A model generated the notes under the pieces. The model was not told the origin of the DNA. It did not search any database and saw only the letters and a program-made list of their open reading frames with translations. From positions 1 to 49,462 of the forward strand of contig JAFGEC010000238.1 in assembly GCA_016931775.1 (NCBI GenBank): a DNA stretch of 49,462 nt, read 5' to 3'. Positions within the stretch are counted from its first letter, which is position 1. Each line of letters begins with the position of its first letter. This stretch comes from Candidatus Zhuqueibacterota bacterium. GTDB taxonomy: Bacteria; Zhuqueibacterota; Zhuqueibacteria; Residuimicrobiales; JAFGEC01. This document shows positions 37,694-45,602 of the stretch, piece by piece. Made by a program: the position numbers and the translations under genes.

Positions 37694-38938
37694 CTATTCA
37701 TACCTGAGTGCTTCTACCGGATCGACACTGGCAGCTTTTCTCGCCGGGAAAAGACCTGCCAAAAGTCCGACCAAGCTTAATATAGTGACGGCAACCAGCA
37801 CAACCTTTTGTTCCATTATCGGACGACCTAAAAATTCCATCGCGCCCTCCTGTGTCGGCAGTGACCACATAAACTTGATAATACCGACTGCTGCCAACAG
37901 GCCAAAAAATCCTCCGCTGACTGCGATCAACAATGACTCAAATATAAATTGAAAAATAATATGTCGCTTTTTTGCACCGACCGCCCTTTTAATACCTATT
38001 TCCTGTGTACGCTCTTTTGCAACAACGTACATAATATTGGCCACACCGACACCTGCGATAATAAGGGTCATGGCACCCACAACAGCTAAAAAGATATTTA
38101 TGCCCATAAACACCTTAGCACCCACTTTTTCCTGTTCGATGAAATCCCACATAGGCAATGCTCTTTCATCTTGGGGATCAAACTGGTACTTTTTACCTAA
38201 AATCCGCCTGATCTCGGCTTTAATATATTCACTGTCTAAGGGATTACGGGGTTTTACAATAAGTTCCCCAAGATGCCGGTATCCATATATGGTTTCAAAA
38301 GTTGTAAAAGGAATAATCGCTCGTCTATCATCAGGACCGTAATTCATGGAGGTTTGCAATTTCTTCGGCATTGTACCGATAATGCAAAACGGTATCCCAT
38401 CGATTTCAATAGTCTCTCCGATTGGATTTTTATCCCCAAATAATTCTTCGGCAACGACGGAGCCAAGAAAAACAACGCGTCTTTTTTGTTCAATATCAAC
38501 GTCGTTAATAAATCTTCCGCCAAATCCTGGAAACGTTCGGCGTAAAAATTCGAATTCAGGATAAACACCCTCCATATGCGTGGAGGCAGTAACAGTGCCT
38601 GCTCTCAGGCGAATACCTCGATTGAAGCCTGGATTCACAGCCACAATATCCAATATATTATCCCGTAACAACCAGGCGTCTTCTTCCCGCAATTCGATTC
38701 GGCGTCCGACCGGCAATCCTTTGTACTTTAATGTCGTTTGCCCGCCATAAATTCTAATAATCTTATCACCTGCGTTCAGCAAGCCCTCGCGCATACGAAA
38801 CGATAATCCGGCGCCGAATGACATCAAAAGAATGACAGCCAGAGTACCCCATGTAATGGCTATTGTGGTTAAAAAAGCCCGGGTTTTCTGCTTTTTAATA
38901 TCTTGAATAAATTCCTTTAAAAGTAATAATATATACAT
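37694..38938 (-). CDS. MacB/FtsX-like ABC transporter permease
   Basis: One TM, periplasmic core, then three TMs; GVGVANIM...ERTQEIGIKRAVGA; PARKAA..DPVEALRYE. Confidence 0.92.
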   Translation of the reverse strand: MYILLLLKEFIQDIKKQKTRAFLTTIAITWGTLAVILLMSFGAGLSFRMREGLLNAGDKIIRIYGGQTTLKYKGLPVGRRIELREEDAWLLRDNILDIVAVNPGFNRGIRLRAGTVTASTHMEGVYPEFEFLRRTFPGFGGRFINDVDIEQKRRVVFLGSVVAEELFGDKNPIGETIEIDGIPFCIIGTMPKKLQTSMNYGPDDRRAIIPFTTFETIYGYRHLGELIVKPRNPLDSEYIKAEIRRILGKKYQFDPQDERALPMWDFIEQEKVGAKVFMGINIFLAVVGAMTLIIAGVGVANIMYVVAKERTQEIGIKRAVGAKKRHIIFQFIFESLLIAVSGGFFGLLAAVGIIKFMWSLPTQEGAMEFLGRPIMEQKVVLVAVTILSLVGLLAGLFPARKAASVDPVEALRYE

Positions 38939-38945
38939 AGAAACC

Positions 38946-40184
38946 TCAGGTTCTTAAACAGTCAATCACAACAAGCTTGGCAGCTCGTCGGGAAGGGAAA
39001 TAGCCGGCTAAAAATCCAATAATACTCAATACGCTGATAGAAATCAATGCAACCGGCAGAGATAATACAGGATGGCCGACATAATCTTCGATCGGCATCA
39101 TAGAAACGAGTTGAATTAAAACATAGGCCAAACCGAATCCCAGCAACGCACTAATTCCGATTATTATAAATGATTCCAGAATAAACTGACCCATAATGTG
39201 TCGACTTTTCGCACCCACAGCTCGCTGAATGCCAATTTCTTTCGTGCGTTCCTGCACGACCACGTACATAATGTTGGCCAATCCGATCCCGCCGACAATC
39301 AAAGTGATTACGCCGATTACGCCCATAAATACCGTAAATCCTAAAGAAAAGTAAAAAATAAATTTGTCCGTCTCTGTCGTATCCCAGAAAAAAAGTGTTT
39401 GGGAGTCCTCCGGATCAAATTTATATTTTTTCCCAAAAACGGCATGCAACTTTTTTTGAATTTTTTTCGCATCACGCGGATCACGGGGTTTATACACAAT
39501 ATTGTTCAAATAGCGATAGCCGTAAACAGAAGCAAAAGTTGATACAGGTATATATACTCTATCCTGATCGCGCGTGGTATAACACGACGGCTGGATTTTA
39601 GGTTTCAAAACACCAATAACGCGAAAAGGGGAATCGCCCACATAAAAATATTTACCCACCGCGTCGGCATTTTCTCCGAACAGAAAATCCCGCAGTTTAT
39701 CACCGATAAAAGCAACCCTCTTCCGGTCCTTCACGTCCAGCTCGTTAATCCAACGGCCTCCTTCTACCGGCAAGACATTGCGCATGGGCCCATATTCCGG
39801 TATGACACCTGCAATTCCCGTTTTATTGATTTTATCCCCCACTTTCATCGGAGTGCCCCAGCTGCTGTATTCAGGACTAATGAACTCAATTTCCGGTATT
39901 TCGGTCCGTATAAGGTCGATATCCTCTTCCCGAAACCGGACCTGCCGGTCCCTGCCATAACCTTGAAAAGGTATACTCGTGCGGCCAGGCCAAAGTATGA
40001 CGATACCTTCCCCCATACCGTGCATATTTTTACTCATAGACTTTTTTACGCCGACACCAAAGGCCAACAATAATATGACGGTCATCGTACCCCACACAAT
40101 GCCGAACATGGTCATAAAAGTCCGTGACTTGTACTGGCGAAAATAGGAAAATACGCTACGACAGGTATCTACAAAATGAGACAT
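38946..40184 (-). CDS. MacB/FtsX-like ABC transporter permease
   Basis: GGIGLANIM...ERTKEIGI.RAVGA; start ATG 40184 after GAGG. Confidence 0.92.
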   Translation of the reverse strand: MSHFVDTCRSVFSYFRQYKSRTFMTMFGIVWGTMTVILLLAFGVGVKKSMSKNMHGMGEGIVILWPGRTSIPFQGYGRDRQVRFREEDIDLIRTEIPEIEFISPEYSSWGTPMKVGDKINKTGIAGVIPEYGPMRNVLPVEGGRWINELDVKDRKRVAFIGDKLRDFLFGENADAVGKYFYVGDSPFRVIGVLKPKIQPSCYTTRDQDRVYIPVSTFASVYGYRYLNNIVYKPRDPRDAKKIQKKLHAVFGKKYKFDPEDSQTLFFWDTTETDKFIFYFSLGFTVFMGVIGVITLIVGGIGLANIMYVVVQERTKEIGIQRAVGAKSRHIMGQFILESFIIIGISALLGFGLAYVLIQLVSMMPIEDYVGHPVLSLPVALISISVLSIIGFLAGYFPSRRAAKLVVIDCLRT

Positions 40185-40203
40185 GATCCTTCCTCTTTTT
40201 TTA

Positions 40204-41307
40204 TCACGTGATTTCTTTAATCTTTTTTTCCAGCACCTCTTGACCTTCTTCAAGCCCGGATTTGACTTCAATGTATATCGCATCACTTAATCCGGTCTCG
40301 ATATATGTCTCTTTTGGTTCTCCTTCGGGCACAGGGAGGTTGACAAAAGCGGAATCATTTTTAAATGTCACTACTCTTTCCGGGACAGAAAGAACGCTAT
40401 CCCGCTTGGCGATTATGATATGCGCATTTGCAGAAAAACCCGCTCTTAAAATAGCTCCAAAAGTGGAATCAATAGAAATTTCAACGGGAAAAACAGTCGT
40501 ATTGTCTATCTTTCGGGCTTTCAGGGAAATCAGTGAAACATGTCCCAATACTTTTTTACCCGGTAAGGCTCCGATTTGCAATTCAGCCAGCAGACTCTCT
40601 TTGATTTTACCGACATCTATTTCATCCACTGTGCCTTTAAAAATGAGTTTGTTCATATCCGCCATTTTTAATAATTCCGTGCCTGCCTGATAAGACGTAA
40701 GAGGCACAACCGGATCACCCACATTGACCAGCTTTTCCAGAACAAAACCCGAAACGGAGGCTTTTACGACGGTTTCAATATTGGTCTCTGCGATCCTGAC
40801 CTTGCCCTTTTCAATAAGATCCAACCGCTCACAGGCAATTTGATGACTTAACGCTGATTCATCATACCGCTGCAATAGAATTTCATATTCATGATCTGAA
40901 ATAAGCCCCTTGGCTTTCATTTGTTTGTTTCTCTCAACTTCTTTTTTCAGAGTCTCCATTTCAATTGCACGCATTTCCACATTTCTTTTTGCTTCAGCCA
41001 GTTCCAAAGGTGTCGGGTCGGGCTTCACTTCGAGCAACGGATCACCGGCTTTTACAAAATCACCAACCTCAATATATAGTTTTCGAACAACGCCCGATAT
41101 TTTCGACTTGACAGCAACTTCAACTTCCGGCTCGATGGATCCCACGGCCAACGCTTTGTCGACAATATCTTTCCGCTCAACCTTGATGGTTTTTTGTTCA
41201 ATGTTCTTCTTGGGCGCCGACATTATTTTAAAACCCAAAAATAATAATCCCGCAGCAATGACAATTACAATACCCCATATCAGACGTTTCTTCGATTTCC
41301 GTTTCAT
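40204..41307 (-). CDS. MacA/YknX-like periplasmic adaptor (membrane fusion protein)
   Basis: N-terminal anchor, lipoyl halves (VKSKISGVV...GD.V / ASVSG.V...GD), alpha-hairpin, VDEIDVGKI, TGLSD. Confidence 0.92.
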   Translation of the reverse strand: MKRKSKKRLIWGIVIVIAAGLLFLGFKIMSAPKKNIEQKTIKVERKDIVDKALAVGSIEPEVEVAVKSKISGVVRKLYIEVGDFVKAGDPLLEVKPDPTPLELAEAKRNVEMRAIEMETLKKEVERNKQMKAKGLISDHEYEILLQRYDESALSHQIACERLDLIEKGKVRIAETNIETVVKASVSGFVLEKLVNVGDPVVPLTSYQAGTELLKMADMNKLIFKGTVDEIDVGKIKESLLAELQIGALPGKKVLGHVSLISLKARKIDNTTVFPVEISIDSTFGAILRAGFSANAHIIIAKRDSVLSVPERVVTFKNDSAFVNLPVPEGEPKETYIETGLSDAIYIEVKSGLEEGQEVLEKKIKEIT

Positions 41308-41369
41308 TTAAGCAACTCCTCCGTAATTACGAATATTATAAATATATCAATTTTGTGATTTTTATCATT

Positions 41370-41397
41370 TATACGGCGATTGCCTTAATTTGTTACA
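41370..41397 (-). promoter_or_regulatory. putative SigW/SigX-like ECF promoter of the exporter operon
   Basis: Minus strand TGTAAC-N16-CGTATA. Confidence 0.6.
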
Positions 41398-41500
41398 ATG
41401 TCATTGTTTTGAATCCTTTACCCCAGTTGTTCATCAAATAATATTATAATCAATACGAATATTGCTTTTTAATTAAACCAAACAAATAGCAGGAGTGCTC

Positions 41501-42730
41501 ATGAAAAGGCTATTAATTCTCGGTGCAGGTACGGCAGGTACCATGATGGCAAATAAACTTTTACATCAACTCGATCAAAATGAATGGAAAATTACTATGG
41601 TTGACAAGCATGAAACCCATTATTATCAACCCGGTTTTCTTTTCATTCCATTCAATATCTACTCATGTCACGATGTGGTTAAACCGAAAAGAGATTTTGT
41701 GCCTGCAGAGGTTGAATATATCAATTCAAATATCGAAATTATTGAACCGGAAAAAAATCAGGTTAAGCTGTCAAATAAAAAAGTTATCCAGTACGATATA
41801 CTTATTATAGCAACCGGTTCGCGCACGGTTCCCGAGGAAACCGAGGGATTAAAAGATGCCGGTTGGTATCAAAACATTTTCGATTTTTACACCATCGAAG
41901 GCGCTTGCAATCTACAAAAATTTTTCAAGCACTGGGAGGGTGGAAAATTGGTTTTGAATATCACTGAGATGCCGATAAAATGTCCTGTCGCACCGCTGGA
42001 ATTTTTATTTCTGGCAGATTGGTGGTTTACTGAAAAAGGCATGAGGGATAAAGTCGATCTCACGTTTGTTACACCGCTTCCCGGTGCTTTCACCAAACCC
42101 AAGGCAGCTCAAATTTTAGGATCATTTTTAGATGATAAAAATATTCACCTTCAAGCCGAATTTAGTACCGGGCGAGTGGATCACGCAAACAACAAAATTA
42201 TCTCCTGGGATGACAAAGAAATTGAATATGACGTCCTCGTAACCGTTCCGGTCAATATGGGCGATCCGGTGATTGAACACTCCAACCTCGGTGATGAATT
42301 AGGTTTCGTACCGACACACAAACACACATTACAATCCAAAAATCATGAAAATATTTTTGTTATCGGTGATGCCACGGATCTTCCGTCTTCAAAAGCCGGA
42401 TCGGTTGCTCATTTTCAGGCGGATGTTCTCACTGAAAATATTATCAGTTATATTGAAGGATTACCGCTTGAAGAGTCTTTCGACGGACACGCTAATTGTT
42501 TTATCGAATCCGGTTTTGGCAAAGGATTGCTTATTGATTTTAATTACGATGTCGAACCCCTGCCCGGGAAATTCCCCTTGCCGGGAATAGGTCCTTTTTC
42601 ACTGTTGCAAGAGACTAAAATGAACCATTGGGGAAAAATGATGTTTCGATGGATTTATTGGAATATGTTGTTAAAAGGTCAGGAACTCCCCATCGAAGCC
42701 CAAATGACCATGGCCGGTAAAATCAAATAG
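41501..42730 (+). CDS. sqr: sulfide:quinone oxidoreductase-like flavoprotein (type III/SqrC-like)
   Basis: LGAGTAG FAD motif, HYYQPG, IKCPVAPLE, IGDAT, SKAGSVAH, FDGHANCF (two catalytic-type Cys). Confidence 0.82.
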   Translation: MKRLLILGAGTAGTMMANKLLHQLDQNEWKITMVDKHETHYYQPGFLFIPFNIYSCHDVVKPKRDFVPAEVEYINSNIEIIEPEKNQVKLSNKKVIQYDILIIATGSRTVPEETEGLKDAGWYQNIFDFYTIEGACNLQKFFKHWEGGKLVLNITEMPIKCPVAPLEFLFLADWWFTEKGMRDKVDLTFVTPLPGAFTKPKAAQILGSFLDDKNIHLQAEFSTGRVDHANNKIISWDDKEIEYDVLVTVPVNMGDPVIEHSNLGDELGFVPTHKHTLQSKNHENIFVIGDATDLPSSKAGSVAHFQADVLTENIISYIEGLPLEESFDGHANCFIESGFGKGLLIDFNYDVEPLPGKFPLPGIGPFSLLQETKMNHWGKMMFRWIYWNMLLKGQELPIEAQMTMAGKIK

Positions 42731-42744
42731 AAAAGGAGGATCGT

Positions 42745-43329
42745 GTGGATAAAGATATTGCATTACTCCATCAGAAAATTGATTTTCTGACCGAGCAGAT
42801 TTTGGTTTCACAGCGCCGTCAAAAAGAAATGGAGGAATTAAAACAGGATCTTACACCAATTATGGGTGATCTTTTTAAAACGGCGGTGGAGGAGCTGGAA
42901 CAAGTCGCAACCCATTTCACCTATGAAGATCTGATTTTCCTGATCAAAAAATTATTGCGCAACACTCGCAATTTAATTGTTCTTTTCGAACAAATGGAAA
43001 GTGCGCGGGATTTTTTACAGGATGCTGTTCCACTCGGTAAGGATATTTTTAACACTTTGCTGGACAATATGGAAGAGCTGAATAAAAAAGGCTATTTTGA
43101 ACTGTTGAATACTCTACTCAATACGCTGGATCATATCATGTCTTCAATGACACCGGATGATTTTAAAAAAGTTGCGCAATTCACAGAAAAATTTGTTACA
43201 GCGGCAAAACGAATAGTCAATGAACCGCAAGAAAAGGTGTCAACTTTCAAACTTTTACGAGAAGCAAACAGTCCCCAGGTCAAGCAGTCGATGGCTATAG
43301 GATTAAAACTATTAAAAGCCATCTCATAA
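42745..43329 (+). CDS. DUF1641-like helical protein
   Basis: All-helical; C-terminal KVSTFKLLREANSPQVKQSMA..L.LLKA is typical of DUF1641; GTG start after AGGAGG. Confidence 0.7.
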   Translation: MDKDIALLHQKIDFLTEQILVSQRRQKEMEELKQDLTPIMGDLFKTAVEELEQVATHFTYEDLIFLIKKLLRNTRNLIVLFEQMESARDFLQDAVPLGKDIFNTLLDNMEELNKKGYFELLNTLLNTLDHIMSSMTPDDFKKVAQFTEKFVTAAKRIVNEPQEKVSTFKLLREANSPQVKQSMAIGLKLLKAIS

Positions 43330-43389
43330 AAACAGAATTTTTTTTTACTTTTAAACGTTAAATAAAAAAAACTCATATAGGAGAACGTT

Positions 43390-43704
43390 ATGTCAACAAA
43401 AGTAATTGCCAATGTAGAGGTCGAAATTGACACGGAAGGTTTTATGACAAATCCCGATCAATGGACCAAGGAGATAGCCAGTGCTATCGCCAAGGAAGAG
43501 GGTGTGGAACTCACGGAAGCCCATTGGAAAGTGATAAACTTTATTCGCAAAGATTACAGCGAAAAAGGCACTGCCCCTTCGATCCGAAGAATCAACAAGG
43601 TGGGTGGCATCTCCACTAAAGATATGTATAATTTATTTCCCGATGGACCGGCAAAAAAGGCAGCAAAAATTTCAGGTCTTGGGAAACCACAAGGTTGCGT
43701 ATAA
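43390..43704 (+). CDS. TusE/DsrC/DsvC family sulfur relay protein
   Basis: D.EGF....WT.E.A, LTEAHW.VI.F.R, LFP.GP, C-terminal GL.KP.GCV. Confidence 0.92.
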   Translation: MSTKVIANVEVEIDTEGFMTNPDQWTKEIASAIAKEEGVELTEAHWKVINFIRKDYSEKGTAPSIRRINKVGGISTKDMYNLFPDGPAKKAAKISGLGKPQGCV

Positions 43705-43722
43705 TTCAAACAGGAGAAATTT

Positions 43723-44202
43723 ATGGCTATCGAAAAAATGGAACCAATTAAAAAGGTTTCGATTATTATTTCAAAAGGATCTCTGGATGGTGTATACCCC
43801 GGCTTAATCATGGCCAATGGGGCACGAATGGAAGGTATTGAAGCGACTGTATTTTTTACTTTTTTCGGCATGGATGCTATTGTAAAAAATAAACAAAAGA
43901 AAATAAAGATTGCCACAGTCGGTAATCCCGGTATGCATATGCCGACAATAATCGGAATGATTCCCGGAATGTCTGCTATGGCGACAAAGATGATGCAAAA
44001 GAAAATGGATGAACTGGATATCCCCCCTGTTGATGAATTTATTGAAATGATCAGTGATGCGGGTGCAGAACTTTATGCATGTAAAGCGACTGTGGACATG
44101 TTTGGATTAACAGAAAAGGATTTTGTTTCTCAGGTAAACGGTATCATCAATGTGGCCACTTTTTATGAAAAATCTGCCGGTGCCCAAATAATTTTTACAT
44201 GA
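43723..44202 (+). CDS. DsrE/DsrF/DsrH-like (DsrE2/YrkE-type) protein
   Basis: SKGSLD, FFTFFG, LYACKATVDM conserved Cys, C-terminal QIIFT. Confidence 0.88.
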   Translation: MAIEKMEPIKKVSIIISKGSLDGVYPGLIMANGARMEGIEATVFFTFFGMDAIVKNKQKKIKIATVGNPGMHMPTIIGMIPGMSAMATKMMQKKMDELDIPPVDEFIEMISDAGAELYACKATVDMFGLTEKDFVSQVNGIINVATFYEKSAGAQIIFT

Positions 44203-44547
44203 TTACTGCACATAGGTATTATATATAACCATTTGAAGATTTTATGAGGTTGTTGAAAAAGTTTAGATTTTCAAACATTGTGAAAATTTAACAAAACTTT
44301 GATTATTTGTTGCGACAAAATGAACACACATATTCGAATTCGACGAATAAAAAAACGTGATACAATCCCATTTTTTATCACTCCCATTCCTCTTTTGAAT
44401 CGCACCAAGACTTGCTATTCAAAAATTTGAAAAATTTCAAAAATTTGATAACTCCCTTTCTTTTTATTTTACTTAAGCTAAAAAAAAACAACGATTGTAA
44501 TTTCGGCATTACTTTTGCAGTTTTTACTAAAAACTGGAACACATCAT

Positions 44548-45390
44548 ATGCAAAGATTAATATTTATCATTATCCTCATTGCCGGTTTGGCCTGTCACAA
44601 GGCGAACGTTTTTGAACCGAGTCAAACCGATAGCGGTAAAACATATATCGTCAGCAATGAAGACACGGTTATCGCGGTAAAGATATATGATCCCAACTCA
44701 GGCATTAAAAACCTGTTTGTTGAAAAAGACGGCAGAGCGGTCGTAAATAACTTTGACTCATTCCTGGAAAAACGGACATTTTTAACCGACAATGAAATTG
44801 AAAAGATTGTCCGAACGTTTAATGACAATAATTACCAAACCTTTGACGATCCTCCACGCAGGGAAAATTTGGATATTTTTCCCCACTATGATATATACTT
44901 TAGCGATGGTCAGTACAAAAAAACAACGTCAATCATACAAGCGCCAACGCTGGAAAGCAATAATCCGTTTATCACCGAAATAAATAGAATATCTGAGCTG
45001 ATACTCAATGACGGACTTTCCATAGAACTTTTTACATCTGATACCGTGCTCTCCAAACAGGCAGGCCTTTGCATTACTCTCGTTGTAAAAAATATCAATT
45101 CAAGCCCAATGGATTTTTTATTCGAATCGGAAACAACTCACGACATCTTTATTAGCACTCAATACCCTGATGGGAATAATTTTATAATATGGAACTTGGC
45201 ACATAATCGATCGAATAACCTGGTAACGAACGCCCGGACACTTGCGGGAGGATCATCTTCCTCTATATCAGTGATCTGGGACGGCAAAGATAATGATGGT
45301 CAAAAAGTGACCGGCCATTTCTATCTCTATGCAGAGGTACTATCCTGGCCGGGTGGTACAACTTTACCCACATTAATTTCTGTTGAATAA
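44548..45390 (+). CDS. lipoprotein with C-terminal BsuPI/FlgD-like Ig domain
   Basis: Lipobox GLAC; LVVKN...F.F....HDIFI...IW...VIWDGKDNDG pattern. Confidence 0.65.
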   Translation: MQRLIFIIILIAGLACHKANVFEPSQTDSGKTYIVSNEDTVIAVKIYDPNSGIKNLFVEKDGRAVVNNFDSFLEKRTFLTDNEIEKIVRTFNDNNYQTFDDPPRRENLDIFPHYDIYFSDGQYKKTTSIIQAPTLESNNPFITEINRISELILNDGLSIELFTSDTVLSKQAGLCITLVVKNINSSPMDFLFESETTHDIFISTQYPDGNNFIIWNLAHNRSNNLVTNARTLAGGSSSSISVIWDGKDNDGQKVTGHFYLYAEVLSWPGGTTLPTLISVE

Positions 45391-45602
45391 TACAAATGAT
45401 ATTTTATATTCTTATTAAAGGGCTGGTCCGATAAATAAATGTTATCCTCAAAGGTACGAAAAAAAAACATATACAGCGAAAAATTTTCGCGGTTAATATA
45501 AAAATTAAGCTGATAAATAAATAAAAAACAATAGCAATTCTTTGGCAAGTTATTTGATCTCTTTCGTTGGGATAGATATTAAAAAATTTACTGGAGGACC
45601 TC

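Noticed and set aside
40262-41311. Long antisense ORFs (142 and 133 aa) opposite the adaptor gene; similar shadows occur throughout the window
   Set aside because: Typical antisense frames with no RBS or protein motifs
41441-41464. Possible SqrR/BigR-type operator (ATTC-N8-GAAT) upstream of sqr
   Set aside because: Only a partial match (ATATTA-N10-GAATAT) with the wrong spacing; the short CAATA-cgaa-TATTG repeat is too weak in an AT-rich context
43390-43704. Reading the DsrC-fold gene together with sat as evidence of dissimilatory sulfate reduction
   Set aside because: It lacks the second Cys of CX10C, sat is paired with cysC, and no aprAB or dsrAB is present in the window
44418-44448. Three 9-bp-period AAAAATTT units (TTCAAAAATTTGAAAAATTTCAAAAATTTGA)
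   Set aside because: Low-complexity AT-rich sequence with no spacers; not CRISPR or iteron-like
44246-44460. GAGGTTGTTGAAAAAGT resembles an IS terminal inverted repeat; possible MITE or IS scar
   Set aside because: The best candidate partner end (~44444-44458) matches only about 9/15; there is no target-site duplication or transposase remnant
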